Shown piece after piece: positions 1 through 8,599 of a DNA stretch of 64,000 bases. This stretch comes from a virus. The stretch covers positions 20,269 to 84,268 of IMG/VR virus record IMGVR_UViG_3300028844_005216; one strand, 5' to 3'. Both the position numbers and the translations under genes were made by a program. The notes beneath the pieces are model-generated. The model did no database searches. It was given only the letters and a program-made list of their open reading frames with translations, and had not been told where the DNA came from. Positions within the stretch are counted from its first letter, which is position 1. Every line of letters starts with the position of its first letter.

Positions 1-1
1 A

Positions 2-616
2 GAAGAAGCAAAGCCGACTCCAGCGTCAAAGGCACCAGAAGAGAAGAAATTGAGTAGAGACGAACAACTGCTACAGGATTTAGACGAACAAACTGGTGTT
101 CCAAAGTTTTTGCTTAAAAAACATAAAGAAGAATATATTGAAGACGAAGATGAAAGAGGCCGACTTGGCGCTATGTACAGAACCAACCGCAGTCCCACGG
201 GTGACAATATAATGTGGGACAAGGAAAACAAGCAGTATAAGAAAGATACAAGAACCGATGATGAAAGAAAACTCTCTAATGAAGTAGATGAATTTAATAG
301 AGCATCAACGGAAAGTCTAAATTCTCCCGAAGCGGTAAAAAAACGGGAAGAAGCGATGGCGCGGGAAAATGAAATGCTTCGTGCAGAATACGAAGCGGAT
401 CTCATGAATTCTGGAAAAGACCCAAGAGGAGCAGCCGCAGCCAATATCCAAAATGCAGGAGTCGAGTCTGGAGCGGGTGGTGGTGGAGGCGGATCAACCG
501 TTGTAATTGATCAAAAAGATCAGAGTGTGAGCCAAGCTGCAAGCAATCTTGTTCCGATGCCATTCCACACTCAAACTGATCCAGCAATGGCTCAAAGCGC
601 AAACGTAGACCTTTAG
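2..616 (+). CDS. C-terminal part of a low-complexity protein, possibly virion/baseplate-hub associated (5' truncated)
   Basis: Frame is open from base 2 to TAG at 614-616; charged helical region, Gly run, Ser/Ala/Gln-rich tail; converges on gene 32. Confidence 0.4.
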   Translation, partial: EEAKPTPASKAPEEKKLSRDEQLLQDLDEQTGVPKFLLKKHKEEYIEDEDERGRLGAMYRTNRSPTGDNIMWDKENKQYKKDTRTDDERKLSNEVDEFNRASTESLNSPEAVKKREEAMARENEMLRAEYEADLMNSGKDPRGAAAANIQNAGVESGAGGGGGGSTVVIDQKDQSVSQAASNLVPMPFHTQTDPAMAQSANVDL

Positions 617-618
617 TC

Positions 619-1125
619 ATGCCTTGGTTTAGTTTCTTACAACCAATCGAAACGTGGGAAAACTCAGAGCCACCGGACCCAGAGACTTGGCAATTTATAA
701 TGCAGGAACCTGATGCAAATGGGTGGCCGTCTAACCAAACAAATGTTCCGATCATAGCAGAATCATTCTACTTAAATTGTAACGAATCTTTTGTAGAAAA
801 CTTTTGTTATGATGAATTGAGGAAAAAAACAGACGAGATCGACCCATTTCTCGATCCCGCACAATCAGAAATAGATTACTGTGTTACCGTAAACTTGAAC
901 AGGTGTGTTGAGGTATTCACAGATGATCTTCCATATCAAAATGGGTGGTTACAGGCAAGATCATGTGATATAAATCAAGCATCATGCTCACGCTGGTCAA
1001 AAGCCACAGTCGTTTCTGAACCAAGTTTTGCCCTTACATTAACAGTAGTAATTTTGGGTATCGCAGTTTTTCGTATGTTGAAAAACAAAAAGCCCCCCAC
1101 GCCGAAACGCGAGGGGCTTTTTTAG
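619..1125 (+). CDS. Cys-containing protein with C-terminal PEP-CTERM-like sorting signal
   Basis: C-terminal VSEPS + hydrophobic FALTLTVVILGIAVF + basic RMLKNKK. Confidence 0.5.
   Translation: MPWFSFLQPIETWENSEPPDPETWQFIMQEPDANGWPSNQTNVPIIAESFYLNCNESFVENFCYDELRKKTDEIDPFLDPAQSEIDYCVTVNLNRCVEVFTDDLPYQNGWLQARSCDINQASCSRWSKATVVSEPSFALTLTVVILGIAVFRMLKNKKPPTPKREGLF
1087..1123. terminator. Bidirectional rho-independent terminator
   Basis: AAAAAGCCCC...GGGGCTTTTT hairpin flanked by A and T tracts between convergent genes. Confidence 0.85.
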
Positions 1126-1137
1126 TCGAAGACTATA

Positions 1138-2001
1138 TTAAACGTCTTCTGCCAACTTCTTGAAATAATCAAGACCACCATCGGACTCATCAGCCGAAAC
1201 CGACTCTTGGTAATTCGCAACAGGCTCATCAAAAGATTCTGTTGCTGACGTGGAAACGTCAGACCCACCAATAACAAGCTCAAAGCGAGTCTTCAGATCT
1301 TCATACGACTTGAACTGATCAGGTGCAATCAATTCTTGGAGTGAATGTTGCGTGTTCCAAACACGCTCAAGCTCACCATCGTCGTCGAAAAGCGCAGAAG
1401 AAGAATCAAACTCCGACTTATCATATGATCGGAATCCTTCCTTTTTGCGAGCGCGGAGTCTGAAGTTGCACCCATTCCAAAGGTCAAAAGGATTCACTGG
1501 AGTCTCATCCTCAAAAGACGGCTTCATCTTATCGTCGAGAAGATCGAAAATAGACTTACCATACTTGAAGAGAAAAACCTTTCCCTCATTTTCCGGGTTG
1601 GCAGGATCGCTAACAACAAAAATGTTAGAGATGTACTTGCTCTGACGCTTCTGCTTTCGCGCAACGTCCTTATCAGATTCAATACCAGAGTTCCACTTCT
1701 GGGAATTGTATTCCGAAACCGGATCATCCTTACCGAGAGTAGTTAGAGAGTTCTCGATATACCATCCACCAGTCGGACCCTGAAAAGCATGTTGAAAGAG
1801 TCGAACCCACGGAACAGTTTCACCCTTTGATGCAGGAAGAAACCGAATGATCGCATGACCATTCTGAGACTTATCCACATCCAACTTCCAATACCGATCA
1901 TCCTCGTAAGAAGTCTTGCTATTAATCTTTCCAAGCTCTGCGGAAAGGTCATTCAAGCTACTTGCGCTTGTCTTCTTGAGTTGGCTAAATGATGCTGACA
2001 T
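1138..2001 (-). CDS. gp32: Single-stranded DNA-binding protein (T4 gp32 family)
   Basis: DDRYWKL, AIIRFLPA, WYIENSLTTLGKDDPV, FKYGKSIFD, NPFDLW, acidic tail ending YFKKLAE. Confidence 0.97.
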   Translation of the reverse strand: MSASFSQLKKTSASSLNDLSAELGKINSKTSYEDDRYWKLDVDKSQNGHAIIRFLPASKGETVPWVRLFQHAFQGPTGGWYIENSLTTLGKDDPVSEYNSQKWNSGIESDKDVARKQKRQSKYISNIFVVSDPANPENEGKVFLFKYGKSIFDLLDDKMKPSFEDETPVNPFDLWNGCNFRLRARKKEGFRSYDKSEFDSSSALFDDDGELERVWNTQHSLQELIAPDQFKSYEDLKTRFELVIGGSDVSTSATESFDEPVANYQESVSADESDGGLDYFKKLAEDV

Positions 2002-2008
2002 AATATTA

Positions 2009-2070
2009 CCTCGTTTTTTTTTATTTTTTTTTATTTTTTTTTTATTTTTTAGTGTATAGTTGTTTTTTTT
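2009..2070 (-). promoter_or_regulatory. Unstructured A-rich leader, putative gp32 autogenous translational operator
   Basis: mRNA reads A6-U-A10-U-A9-U-A9-CGAGG-UAAUAUU-AUG directly at the gene 32 RBS. Confidence 0.65.
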
Positions 2071-2124
2071 CTTAATGCTTTATATATATCTAAATCATCT
2101 TCCTCCTCAGAATCTTCATGATTA

Positions 2125-2322
2125 TCATTTGTAGGTCGATACCAAATCAACAGACTCGATCACGGTATCTCTTAGTTTTGTATTCTCTTCTTCAAGATCC
2201 AAAATCATGTGCTTTTGCAATACCACCATATCCTCTAAATCACTAACGCGCTTACGAAATGAAAAACTCTGTTTAATTCTACTAGAGAATCTTATAATCA
2301 TATTTTTAAATGACACTAGCAA
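2125..2322 (-). CDS. Hypothetical coiled-coil protein
   Basis: ORF overlapping the gp59 stop, co-oriented. Confidence 0.5.
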   Translation of the reverse strand: MLVSFKNMIIRFSSRIKQSFSFRKRVSDLEDMVVLQKHMILDLEEENTKLRDTVIESVDLVSTYK

Positions 2323-2947
2323 ATTCCTTCCAAAGTATTTCCTTGAACTTATTGCGCTGAGACACGCTGAAGTTTAGAAATGGCGTATATTTAATACACA
2401 TGTGATAAAAATCATCCCATATAACATCCCCACTCAACTCACGTTCCCAATGTCTAAAGCACCCCAAAACCAAATCAACACCAATAAGAGTTTCTAACGA
2501 AATTGTTCCCTCTGTGTGAAATTCAAATAGCTGCGGGTACTCATCGGACTTAGTAAGAAACAATTGATTGAAATCCTGATCGACTTGTTGCAAATGGTTC
2601 ATGTTCGACTTAATGGAGAGTATATCAGACTGGAACTGATAAGTCAATGATTGTTTCATCTTTTTCCAATCAAGATATGTTTTTTCACACGCAGCATTTT
2701 TCGCAAGTTCCCCAATCCAAATATCCCGGTTTTTAATTAAATTGGAGACGTAGAATATAATCAACTCATCTCCCTCATATTTGCGGGACACCTTCTCGAA
2801 GAAAAATCGGTCTTTCTTTGTCTTAAAGGTATTTAGGTTAGAACGAACCTTTCCTTTATATTTGAAGAAGTCATAAGAGGTGCTTGTAAAATGTTGCTTC
2901 ATAGCGATAAACTTATTGTAAGCATTAAACGCTGTTGCTTCGGACAT
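2306..2947 (-). CDS. gp59: Helicase loader (T4 gp59 family)
   Basis: AMKQHFTSTSYDFFKYKGK, KDRFFFEK, ISLETL, KYTPFL; synteny between gp33 and gp32. Confidence 0.92.
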   Translation of the reverse strand: MSEATAFNAYNKFIAMKQHFTSTSYDFFKYKGKVRSNLNTFKTKKDRFFFEKVSRKYEGDELIIFYVSNLIKNRDIWIGELAKNAACEKTYLDWKKMKQSLTYQFQSDILSIKSNMNHLQQVDQDFNQLFLTKSDEYPQLFEFHTEGTISLETLIGVDLVLGCFRHWERELSGDVIWDDFYHMCIKYTPFLNFSVSQRNKFKEILWKEFASVI

Positions 2948-2955
2948 TTTGTCTC

Positions 2956-3198
2956 CTACAGAGGCAATTTTGAACGTCGTGGTAAGAAGTTTAGATCTCG
3001 GGCTTCCGCCTCAACCTTAGCTTTAATGTTTTTGTTCAGAAGACCCGCTGCCTTTTCTGGTTCAATATTTCTTTTGTTCGCATTGAACACGATTGCATCC
3101 ATGTAAGATAGTTTTTCATTGTAAACTATATGTTCCACTTCCATAGAGAAAGTGTTTGAAAGTTCCCTTTTACTCAACATGATAATTTCCTCACTCAT
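2956..3198 (-). CDS. gp33: Late transcription co-activator (T4 gp33 family)
   Basis: FSMEVEHIV, YMDAIV, IEPE, KVEAEARDLNFLPR. Confidence 0.92.
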   Translation of the reverse strand: MSEEIIMLSKRELSNTFSMEVEHIVYNEKLSYMDAIVFNANKRNIEPEKAAGLLNKNIKAKVEAEARDLNFLPRRSKLPL

Positions 3199-3757
3199 AA
3201 AAAATGTGTTGATCTATTTGTGCAACCTGCTGCATACGCTTCGACCAGCCCGGACTAACATAGTCAGCGTGATAGTGCATAACATCATCGAAGTTAATAA
3301 ACTCTGCCCGTCCTTCTAAAATATCCTTAGCAAGTTTCTGGGATGTCTCCCATGCTCGATCATCCCTTGGGACATCAGACTTCCCATCATCCACCCAAGA
3401 AAACTGACTCTTCTGATTGACCACTTCACAAATCGTATTAGGGTATCGTTCGCTGGCAACACGATTCATAACCACCAAACCAACTGCGAGCTTTCCGATA
3501 GAAGATTGATTCCCTGCCTCAAAGTAGATGTTACGAGAAAGACAATCTAAGTCTTGAACATTATAATTAACATAACGCTTCTCGCTATTAGTCTTCTTGC
3601 GTGGTCTTGATACGTTCATGTGAATGTGGGTGTGTGTGACCGATCTCTCCTTTTCTACGATTGTTTCACTTGACCAATTTTGACCCACAACAAAACCAAT
3701 ACACACAAATACCAAAAAAGCCATAAGAGCAATAGTTGTTTCTATAAAGGTCTTCAT
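3191..3757 (-). CDS. Cell wall hydrolase, SleB/CwlJ (Hydrolase_2) family with N-terminal TM/signal
   Basis: CLSRNIYFEA, AVGLVVMNRV, YPNTICEVV, QFSW, HYHADYVSPGW, IDQHIFY. Confidence 0.92.
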   Translation of the reverse strand: MKTFIETTIALMAFLVFVCIGFVVGQNWSSETIVEKERSVTHTHIHMNVSRPRKKTNSEKRYVNYNVQDLDCLSRNIYFEAGNQSSIGKLAVGLVVMNRVASERYPNTICEVVNQKSQFSWVDDGKSDVPRDDRAWETSQKLAKDILEGRAEFINFDDVMHYHADYVSPGWSKRMQQVAQIDQHIFYE

Positions 3758-3761
3758 AACC

Positions 3762-3902
3762 TTACCTCACAAAAAGATCCCAAAGGAAATCGAAAACAGC
3801 AACACCGACGAAAATCATTATGAGTGGGTCGTTGTATACGGAAAGAAAAACTCCCCACCAGTCTGTATCAGTCCAACTCCATCCATGCTTATACCATTTC
3901 AT
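3762..3902 (-). CDS. Small Trp-rich membrane protein (46 aa, not in ORF track)
   Basis: Translated by hand: MKWYKHGWSWTDTDWWGVFLSVYNDPLIMIFVGVAVFDFLWDLFVR; fills the gap between neighbours. Confidence 0.55.
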   Translation of the reverse strand: MKWYKHGWSWTDTDWWGVFLSVYNDPLIMIFVGVAVFDFLWDLFVR

Positions 3903-4566
3903 CTCTATACCTCTTGATCGTATCTTTCAACGGCTGAATCCAATCTTTGACTGGAGAGGGGAACGCTTGCATCTTTGGCATGTTGCCAGCAACAGAAATC
4001 AAAATAAGACCATGATCAATTTTAATTCCTGTCAACTCTTCATACATAACTGAATAACCAGCACACTGCATATAGTAATTTGAAATCCAATTTTCCCTCT
4101 TTGGTTTAGCAGAAGTCTTAAAGTCAATGATCGCAGGAATCCCCATCCATTCACCAATCAAATCAACCCTTCCAGCAATACCCAATGAAACAGAATAAAG
4201 AGGAACCTCTACATGATAAACCTTCGTGAGATATTTTTCCAAACTCGGTTTCAGAACATTGAACATTTCGATTGATGTGGGCTGTTGATTCGTGATCAGT
4301 TGCTCTTCATTGTTCACGAACCGTTCGCACAAATCATGGACTTCGTTTCCGCGAAAGCGTGCTTTCAAAGAAACACTATCTGCTTCTTCAGTTCCGACCC
4401 GCTTCCTCCACTTTGCAATAGAATCTTTTGAATTGACAGAGAGAACCGAAGTGATGCTAGGACACAAAACCCCCGGCTCCACCTCATAAAATCTGTCTCC
4501 ATTATTATAAGAAACACTTAACGGTGAATACTTCAAATTAATTGGGGGCTCATGTACGAACGGCAT
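3889..4566 (-). CDS. PD-(D/E)XK exonuclease of T4-like phages
   Basis: PSITSVLS, KWRKRVG, RGNEVH, AGRVDLI, IIDFKTS, YYMQCAGY. Confidence 0.9.
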   Translation of the reverse strand: MPFVHEPPINLKYSPLSVSYNNGDRFYEVEPGVLCPSITSVLSVNSKDSIAKWRKRVGTEEADSVSLKARFRGNEVHDLCERFVNNEEQLITNQQPTSIEMFNVLKPSLEKYLTKVYHVEVPLYSVSLGIAGRVDLIGEWMGIPAIIDFKTSAKPKRENWISNYYMQCAGYSVMYEELTGIKIDHGLILISVAGNMPKMQAFPSPVKDWIQPLKDTIKRYRDEMV

Positions 4567-4567
4567 A

Positions 4568-4930
4568 TCACTCTCCTACTCTTGGTTTACCCTTTAATTT
4601 ATCATGAACTGTGGTCTTAATTTCATGCTTAGTCAACGGCTTCTGTTTAGTCTTTTCCCGATTTTCTAACCGACCTTCTATCTCGTATCGTGTTCCCTTA
4701 ATACCACTAGCTTCATTAATTTTGGCAACCACTTCATTATATGAATTATCGGGTTTTGTTATACCAAGGTTAACAGAATCTCCTATCATAACATTACCAA
4801 GCAATTGTCGAACAGAATCTTCACCACATTCAGGACAACCATTATCTATAGGAATCTTACGGTCGGCGATCCGATGAACTTCAGTAAATCCGCTGCCACA
4901 TGACTCACACTCGTAATCATACCAAGGCAT
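4568..4930 (-). CDS. FmdB-like zinc-ribbon protein
   Basis: [11 protein letters not shown]...CPECG. Confidence 0.8.
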   Translation of the reverse strand: MPWYDYECESCGSGFTEVHRIADRKIPIDNGCPECGEDSVRQLLGNVMIGDSVNLGITKPDNSYNEVVAKINEASGIKGTRYEIEGRLENREKTKQKPLTKHEIKTTVHDKLKGKPRVGE

Positions 4931-5154
4931 CAGTACCCATCCTTATACCAACCTTTGCCCTTGAGGACAAAACTGGTGTTGGAAATTAATCGTTTGACTG
5001 GCGCTTTACAGCACTCATCGACCAAAATAGAATCTGGCGGCGGGATATCTCCCGCACCATCATGAACTGGACAGCACTCAAGAGGCTCTTCTTTAATTCC
5101 TTGCCAATACTCAAACACATGCCCGTCTTCACACTCATAGTCATACCTCGGCAT
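4930..5154 (-). CDS. FmdB family zinc-ribbon protein
   Basis: [14 protein letters not shown]...CP...[15 protein letters not shown]. Confidence 0.85.
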   Translation of the reverse strand: MPRYDYECEDGHVFEYWQGIKEEPLECCPVHDGAGDIPPPDSILVDECCKAPVKRLISNTSFVLKGKGWYKDGY

Positions 5155-5344
5155 TCTTTTTTGCCTTGCGCTTTCGCTTCTGAGGTTTTTCCCCAGAGTC
5201 AGCCTTAACGCCAGCGTCTTTACGACGCTTCAGCCATCGCTGAATATTTTCGTTATAATCCTCGGCAATTTCAATTGCCTCATCAAGAGAAACGATACCC
5301 CTCTTCACCTTCTGGCGAAGACCCATCTTATTTTCATCAGACAT
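5141..5344 (-). CDS. Hypothetical basic protein
   Basis: Probable start MSDENK; Lys/Arg-rich tail; tightly packed operon. Confidence 0.55.
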   Translation of the reverse strand: MSDENKMGLRQKVKRGIVSLDEAIEIAEDYNENIQRWLKRRKDAGVKADSGEKPQKRKRKAKKNAEV

Positions 5345-5540
5345 CGAAAATGTCCTCCTCAATTTTAAGTTCAATAGAATCAACAAAGCCTTCAACAAAT
5401 CCACGATTCTTGATCCCAAACTCTACATTCGCTTTACCAACAACATAATCCTTTAGATTATTACCCCTGTAACCAGAAACAATTCCGTCGTTTATAAGAT
5501 TAGAAAGAAGAATGCACCGTTCACTAACTCTATTACCCAT
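5337..5540 (-). CDS. Hypothetical protein
   Basis: Translationally coupled to both neighbours. Confidence 0.55.
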   Translation of the reverse strand: MGNRVSERCILLSNLINDGIVSGYRGNNLKDYVVGKANVEFGIKNRGFVEGFVDSIELKIEEDIFDV

Positions 5541-5842
5541 TATATATCTCCCAAATTCCAGTCACAATTATTGCCCCAATCAAAATCAATTTTCAATTTT
5601 CTTTGTATTTTTTTCAAACTCCTTTGGTGCAATTGGTTTCTCTTGTAGTAACTCAAATGCGTTAATTTACAAGACTCCACAATGGACTGCAATTCTTCAA
5701 AACTGAGATTGACTAAAGTTTCAAAAAGTTCACTTCGAGATTCCTTCTCAATCAAAAATTCTAAAGGATTTACATCATAGCTAGGAAGACATCTAGCCTG
5801 TTGAAGATTAGACCAATACAAATCCTCGATCGAGGCTAACAT
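5540..5842 (-). CDS. Hypothetical protein resembling an isolated sigma-70 region 4
   Basis: NPLEFLIEKESRSELFETLVNLS..E and RNQLHQRSLKKIQRKL. Confidence 0.45.
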   Translation of the reverse strand: MLASIEDLYWSNLQQARCLPSYDVNPLEFLIEKESRSELFETLVNLSFEELQSIVESCKLTHLSYYKRNQLHQRSLKKIQRKLKIDFDWGNNCDWNLGDI

Positions 5843-6119
5843 CTAAACGACCCTTTTCTTTCTGATCAAAACAGTCAGGACAAGCATACTTGGCTTCCGA
5901 ATGCATTCGATCATAATCTTTGTCAAGAACGATTCGTCTCACTGCATAAGTTTCCTGATTGCAGAAATCACATACATACAACTCTTCACTAAATTCCTCC
6001 AACAAATCCATAGAGTTGGGTCGCGAATCATGCCTGCGAAGCCTGCGATCTCTCATTGGACCCGCAGAATTTCTAAAATGGGCACTAACAGCGTTCCAGT
6101 TTCTATTATTGGTATTCAT
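5808..6119 (-). CDS. Hypothetical zinc-finger protein
   Basis: CDFC...CPDC. Confidence 0.6.
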   Translation of the reverse strand: MNTNNRNWNAVSAHFRNSAGPMRDRRLRRHDSRPNSMDLLEEFSEELYVCDFCNQETYAVRRIVLDKDYDRMHSEAKYACPDCFDQKEKGRLDVSLDRGFVLV

Positions 6120-6504
6120 TTCCCAACTCGTTTTGTTGTTTTGTTAATGATGCATTCAAAATATGACCTTCTCCACAATGTGAACATCTCTCATGCACCT
6201 CAACGCCGGAAGCAGGTTTGATCATAACTTGATGATCAATAATCTCATCCAAAATAAGACCACTCTCAACCAAAGTTTCCATTGTGGAATTCATTCCATC
6301 CTCGTTTCCCCTGCTCCAAGAATTGAAAGCAATAAGTATTGCCATGCCTGCCATAAATCCAATAATAAGCACAGACTCTAGAATGCTAAGTGAGCTGTAT
6401 GAAAGGAATAAAATAAACCCAACCGTTGCTAGGTAAGGAAACCATACATCAAGAAAAAATGTATACCAGTTCGTCAATGTTCTCGTCTCTACTTGGTCGC
6501 TCAT
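6106..6504 (-). CDS. Hypothetical two-TM membrane protein with C-terminal CxxC
   Basis: Two hydrophobic segments, CSHC; start uncertain. Confidence 0.55.
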   Translation of the reverse strand: MSDQVETRTLTNWYTFFLDVWFPYLATVGFILFLSYSSLSILESVLIIGFMAGMAILIAFNSWSRGNEDGMNSTMETLVESGLILDEIIDHQVMIKPASGVEVHERCSHCGEGHILNASLTKQQNELGNEYQ

Positions 6505-6997
6505 AATTATTCTTTGCCTCTTCAATCTGCTCAAAACTACAGCCCCTAAGCCGGAGTTCTTCGTCAGAGAGTTCCCATGCAATCACAACCTTGTGGTATG
6601 CATCAGGAAACATTCCAAGAATTTTGTTTCTTTCTAATATAGTCAAATTTGTGTAATCGAAAATAAAAGACTCTCTTTGTTTAATCCGCTTGCGAACATC
6701 ACGCATCTCTCGTGACATGGTTAACATTCCATTTTTAAACAAATCATGATCAATGATATTTAGCTCAGCCGTTGGATCAACTGTGCTTTTTTTTCCAGAC
6801 TCAGACCCACGAACTTGAAGACCGCTGGTTTCAATAAACCGCGACTTTCCGCATCCACGAGGACCGACTAATACATTCAAAGACGGTCCCTCTAGAGAAT
6901 TTAACCAATCATCAATATCATTATCATCGGGCCAACCTCTGTGTATCTGTAAATCGTAAGGTTTGTTTAATACACTACTCATACCGTTAATATCCAT
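6449..6997 (-). CDS. P-loop kinase-like protein (AAA_33/PNK-like)
   Basis: LVGPRGCGKS Walker A; IFDYTNLT..ER; YERPS..E. Confidence 0.7.
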   Translation of the reverse strand: MDINGMSSVLNKPYDLQIHRGWPDDNDIDDWLNSLEGPSLNVLVGPRGCGKSRFIETSGLQVRGSESGKKSTVDPTAELNIIDHDLFKNGMLTMSREMRDVRKRIKQRESFIFDYTNLTILERNKILGMFPDAYHKVVIAWELSDEELRLRGCSFEQIEEAKNNYERPSRDENIDELVYIFS

Positions 6998-7009
6998 CTA
7001 TAATAAAAT

Positions 7010-7347
7010 CGGGGACCGGGGAAATAAGTTATCCCCTTGCACGAACAAGTAAGTTGTGTTCGCTGCCCCCGATCATTCCATCCATTTTTATTAACCCATT
7101 ATACTAAAATTAAGCGGGAGGGTTGTTGCCGGTGGTCTTCGTGCGCTTGGCACATTACACAGGACTTAGCACAACTTCCCCTATCGGACCCAGTAGCCGC
7201 CATCAAAAAATGGATTTGTTAAGGTTATTAAATTAAGTTGCTAACGCATTTAACCATACTCGCGAAATATCATAATCGCGAACCTCCTCATTTTCATGGT
7301 TTAGTGGGGGAATGGTAGCCTCACGGCATTTCCCATATCTTAACCAT
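7010..7347 (-). ncRNA. Candidate cluster of three structured non-coding RNA elements (unclassified)
   Basis: Three GC-rich self-complementary blocks (7010-7071, 7114-7200, 7252-7347) separated by AT spacers in a 350-bp gap without a plausible long ORF. Confidence 0.4.
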
Positions 7348-7354
7348 CCCAAGC

Positions 7355-7546
7355 TCAAGGATCAGAAGAAAATTCTTCTTCAAATTCATATTCATCATAT
7401 TCACCTGAAAGAACAGCATCTACTAAATTCTTCTCTGCGGTGCGACGGTTCTTCTTTTGCTTTTTCTTAGACTCTCGTCGATATGCATAATCATCATCGT
7501 CATCCAAATGCCTATTCTTAACACGATCCCGATTTGTTCTACCCAT
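7355..7546 (-). CDS. Hypothetical charged protein
   Basis: MGRTNRDR..., basic and acidic blocks; immediately downstream of rnh. Confidence 0.6.
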   Translation of the reverse strand: MGRTNRDRVKNRHLDDDDDYAYRRESKKKQKKNRRTAEKNLVDAVLSGEYDEYEFEEEFSSDP

Positions 7547-7553
7547 TTTTACA

Positions 7554-8399
7554 TTAAAACTCCGCAATATGTTCCATTAGATTAGAAAGACGCATATCAA
7601 CAAAATAAGGAAATACCAATTCGCGTCCCTGTTCAGGGGCTTTTTCAAATACTCGCACGATATCCTTCTCCAAATCTTCGGGAATATATTCAAAGTCAAT
7701 TAGACGACGATTCCGATCAAATCCGATATCACCATTCTTGTAATCAACCTTACCCTTTTGCATCCATTCATTGAGTCTCTTCTTTGTGATTGGAGTTTGA
7801 CGATCTCCAGACACAAATGTAGAATCTTTGCTCAGACAATTTGGAATACCGTCACTCGTATCACCACGAACAATATGCTCAAACAGAAACTCTTGTGGAT
7901 TGTCCGTCCGAAGAAACTTCTTCTGAACAGGAGAATATTGTTTTACGTTATCGTATTTTTGCAATTGCATGAAATCCTTATCACCAGACAAAATCAAAAC
8001 CCCTTCGTCCTTCGACCATTGTTTTGCCAAAACAGCAATAATATCATCTGCTTCAGCCTTCTCAAGATGAACTACCTTATAAGGCATTCGTTCATCAAGT
8101 TCTTGTCTGATTTTATTTAGGGTTTCAAAAATGTGGTTCCAGTCATAACCAGAGGCAGCGCGTGTCTTCTTTCGGTTGCGCTTGTAATAAGGAAATGCTT
8201 CTCGCCGCCATGTATTGCGACCATCGCAGCAAATGACAAGCTCGCCAAACTCTTCTGTAAATTTGTTTCTATTAAAGCGAAGTGAATTGAGGATCATATG
8301 CCGAAGCATATTTTCGTCTACTATATCCAACTGATTCATTTTTAAATTGATCATCAGATTGGATATTGCAACTTGATTGAAGTCAACTAGGATAGGCAT
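7554..8399 (-). CDS. rnh: T4-type RNase H / 5'-3' exonuclease
   Basis: ILVDFNQ, WRREAFPYYKRNR, EADDIIA, ILSGDKDFMQLQ, GDTSDGIPN. Confidence 0.96.
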   Translation of the reverse strand: MPILVDFNQVAISNLMINLKMNQLDIVDENMLRHMILNSLRFNRNKFTEEFGELVICCDGRNTWRREAFPYYKRNRKKTRAASGYDWNHIFETLNKIRQELDERMPYKVVHLEKAEADDIIAVLAKQWSKDEGVLILSGDKDFMQLQKYDNVKQYSPVQKKFLRTDNPQEFLFEHIVRGDTSDGIPNCLSKDSTFVSGDRQTPITKKRLNEWMQKGKVDYKNGDIGFDRNRRLIDFEYIPEDLEKDIVRVFEKAPEQGRELVFPYFVDMRLSNLMEHIAEF

Positions 8400-8401
8400 T
8401 T

Positions 8402-8599
8402 CTATCTCCCGATATCGCGAGCCATTGTTCGACTCGTAATATACTGATATGCACCTTTGTTAAACGCAGGCGCGACTCGTCTTGATTTTTCTCTTGCTTC
8501 ACGGTTTGCATCAACCGCACCACAATCCAAACACGTCTTGTACCCAAGAGCATCACGTCTCGGGTCCACCTCTTCTTCACAACGAACACATTCGATCAC
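8402..8599 (-). CDS. TraR/DksA-like C4 zinc-finger protein
   Basis: CVRC-EEEVDPRRDALGYKT-CLDC. Confidence 0.55.
   Translation of the reverse strand: MIECVRCEEEVDPRRDALGYKTCLDCGAVDANREAREKSRRVAPAFNKGAYQYITSRTMARDIGR

Noticed and set aside
7114-7200. Twister ribozyme, Y RNA or SRP identity for element B
   Set aside because: Only short partial matches (CCAAGC, GGTCCGA); required pseudoknots and conserved motifs not found by eye
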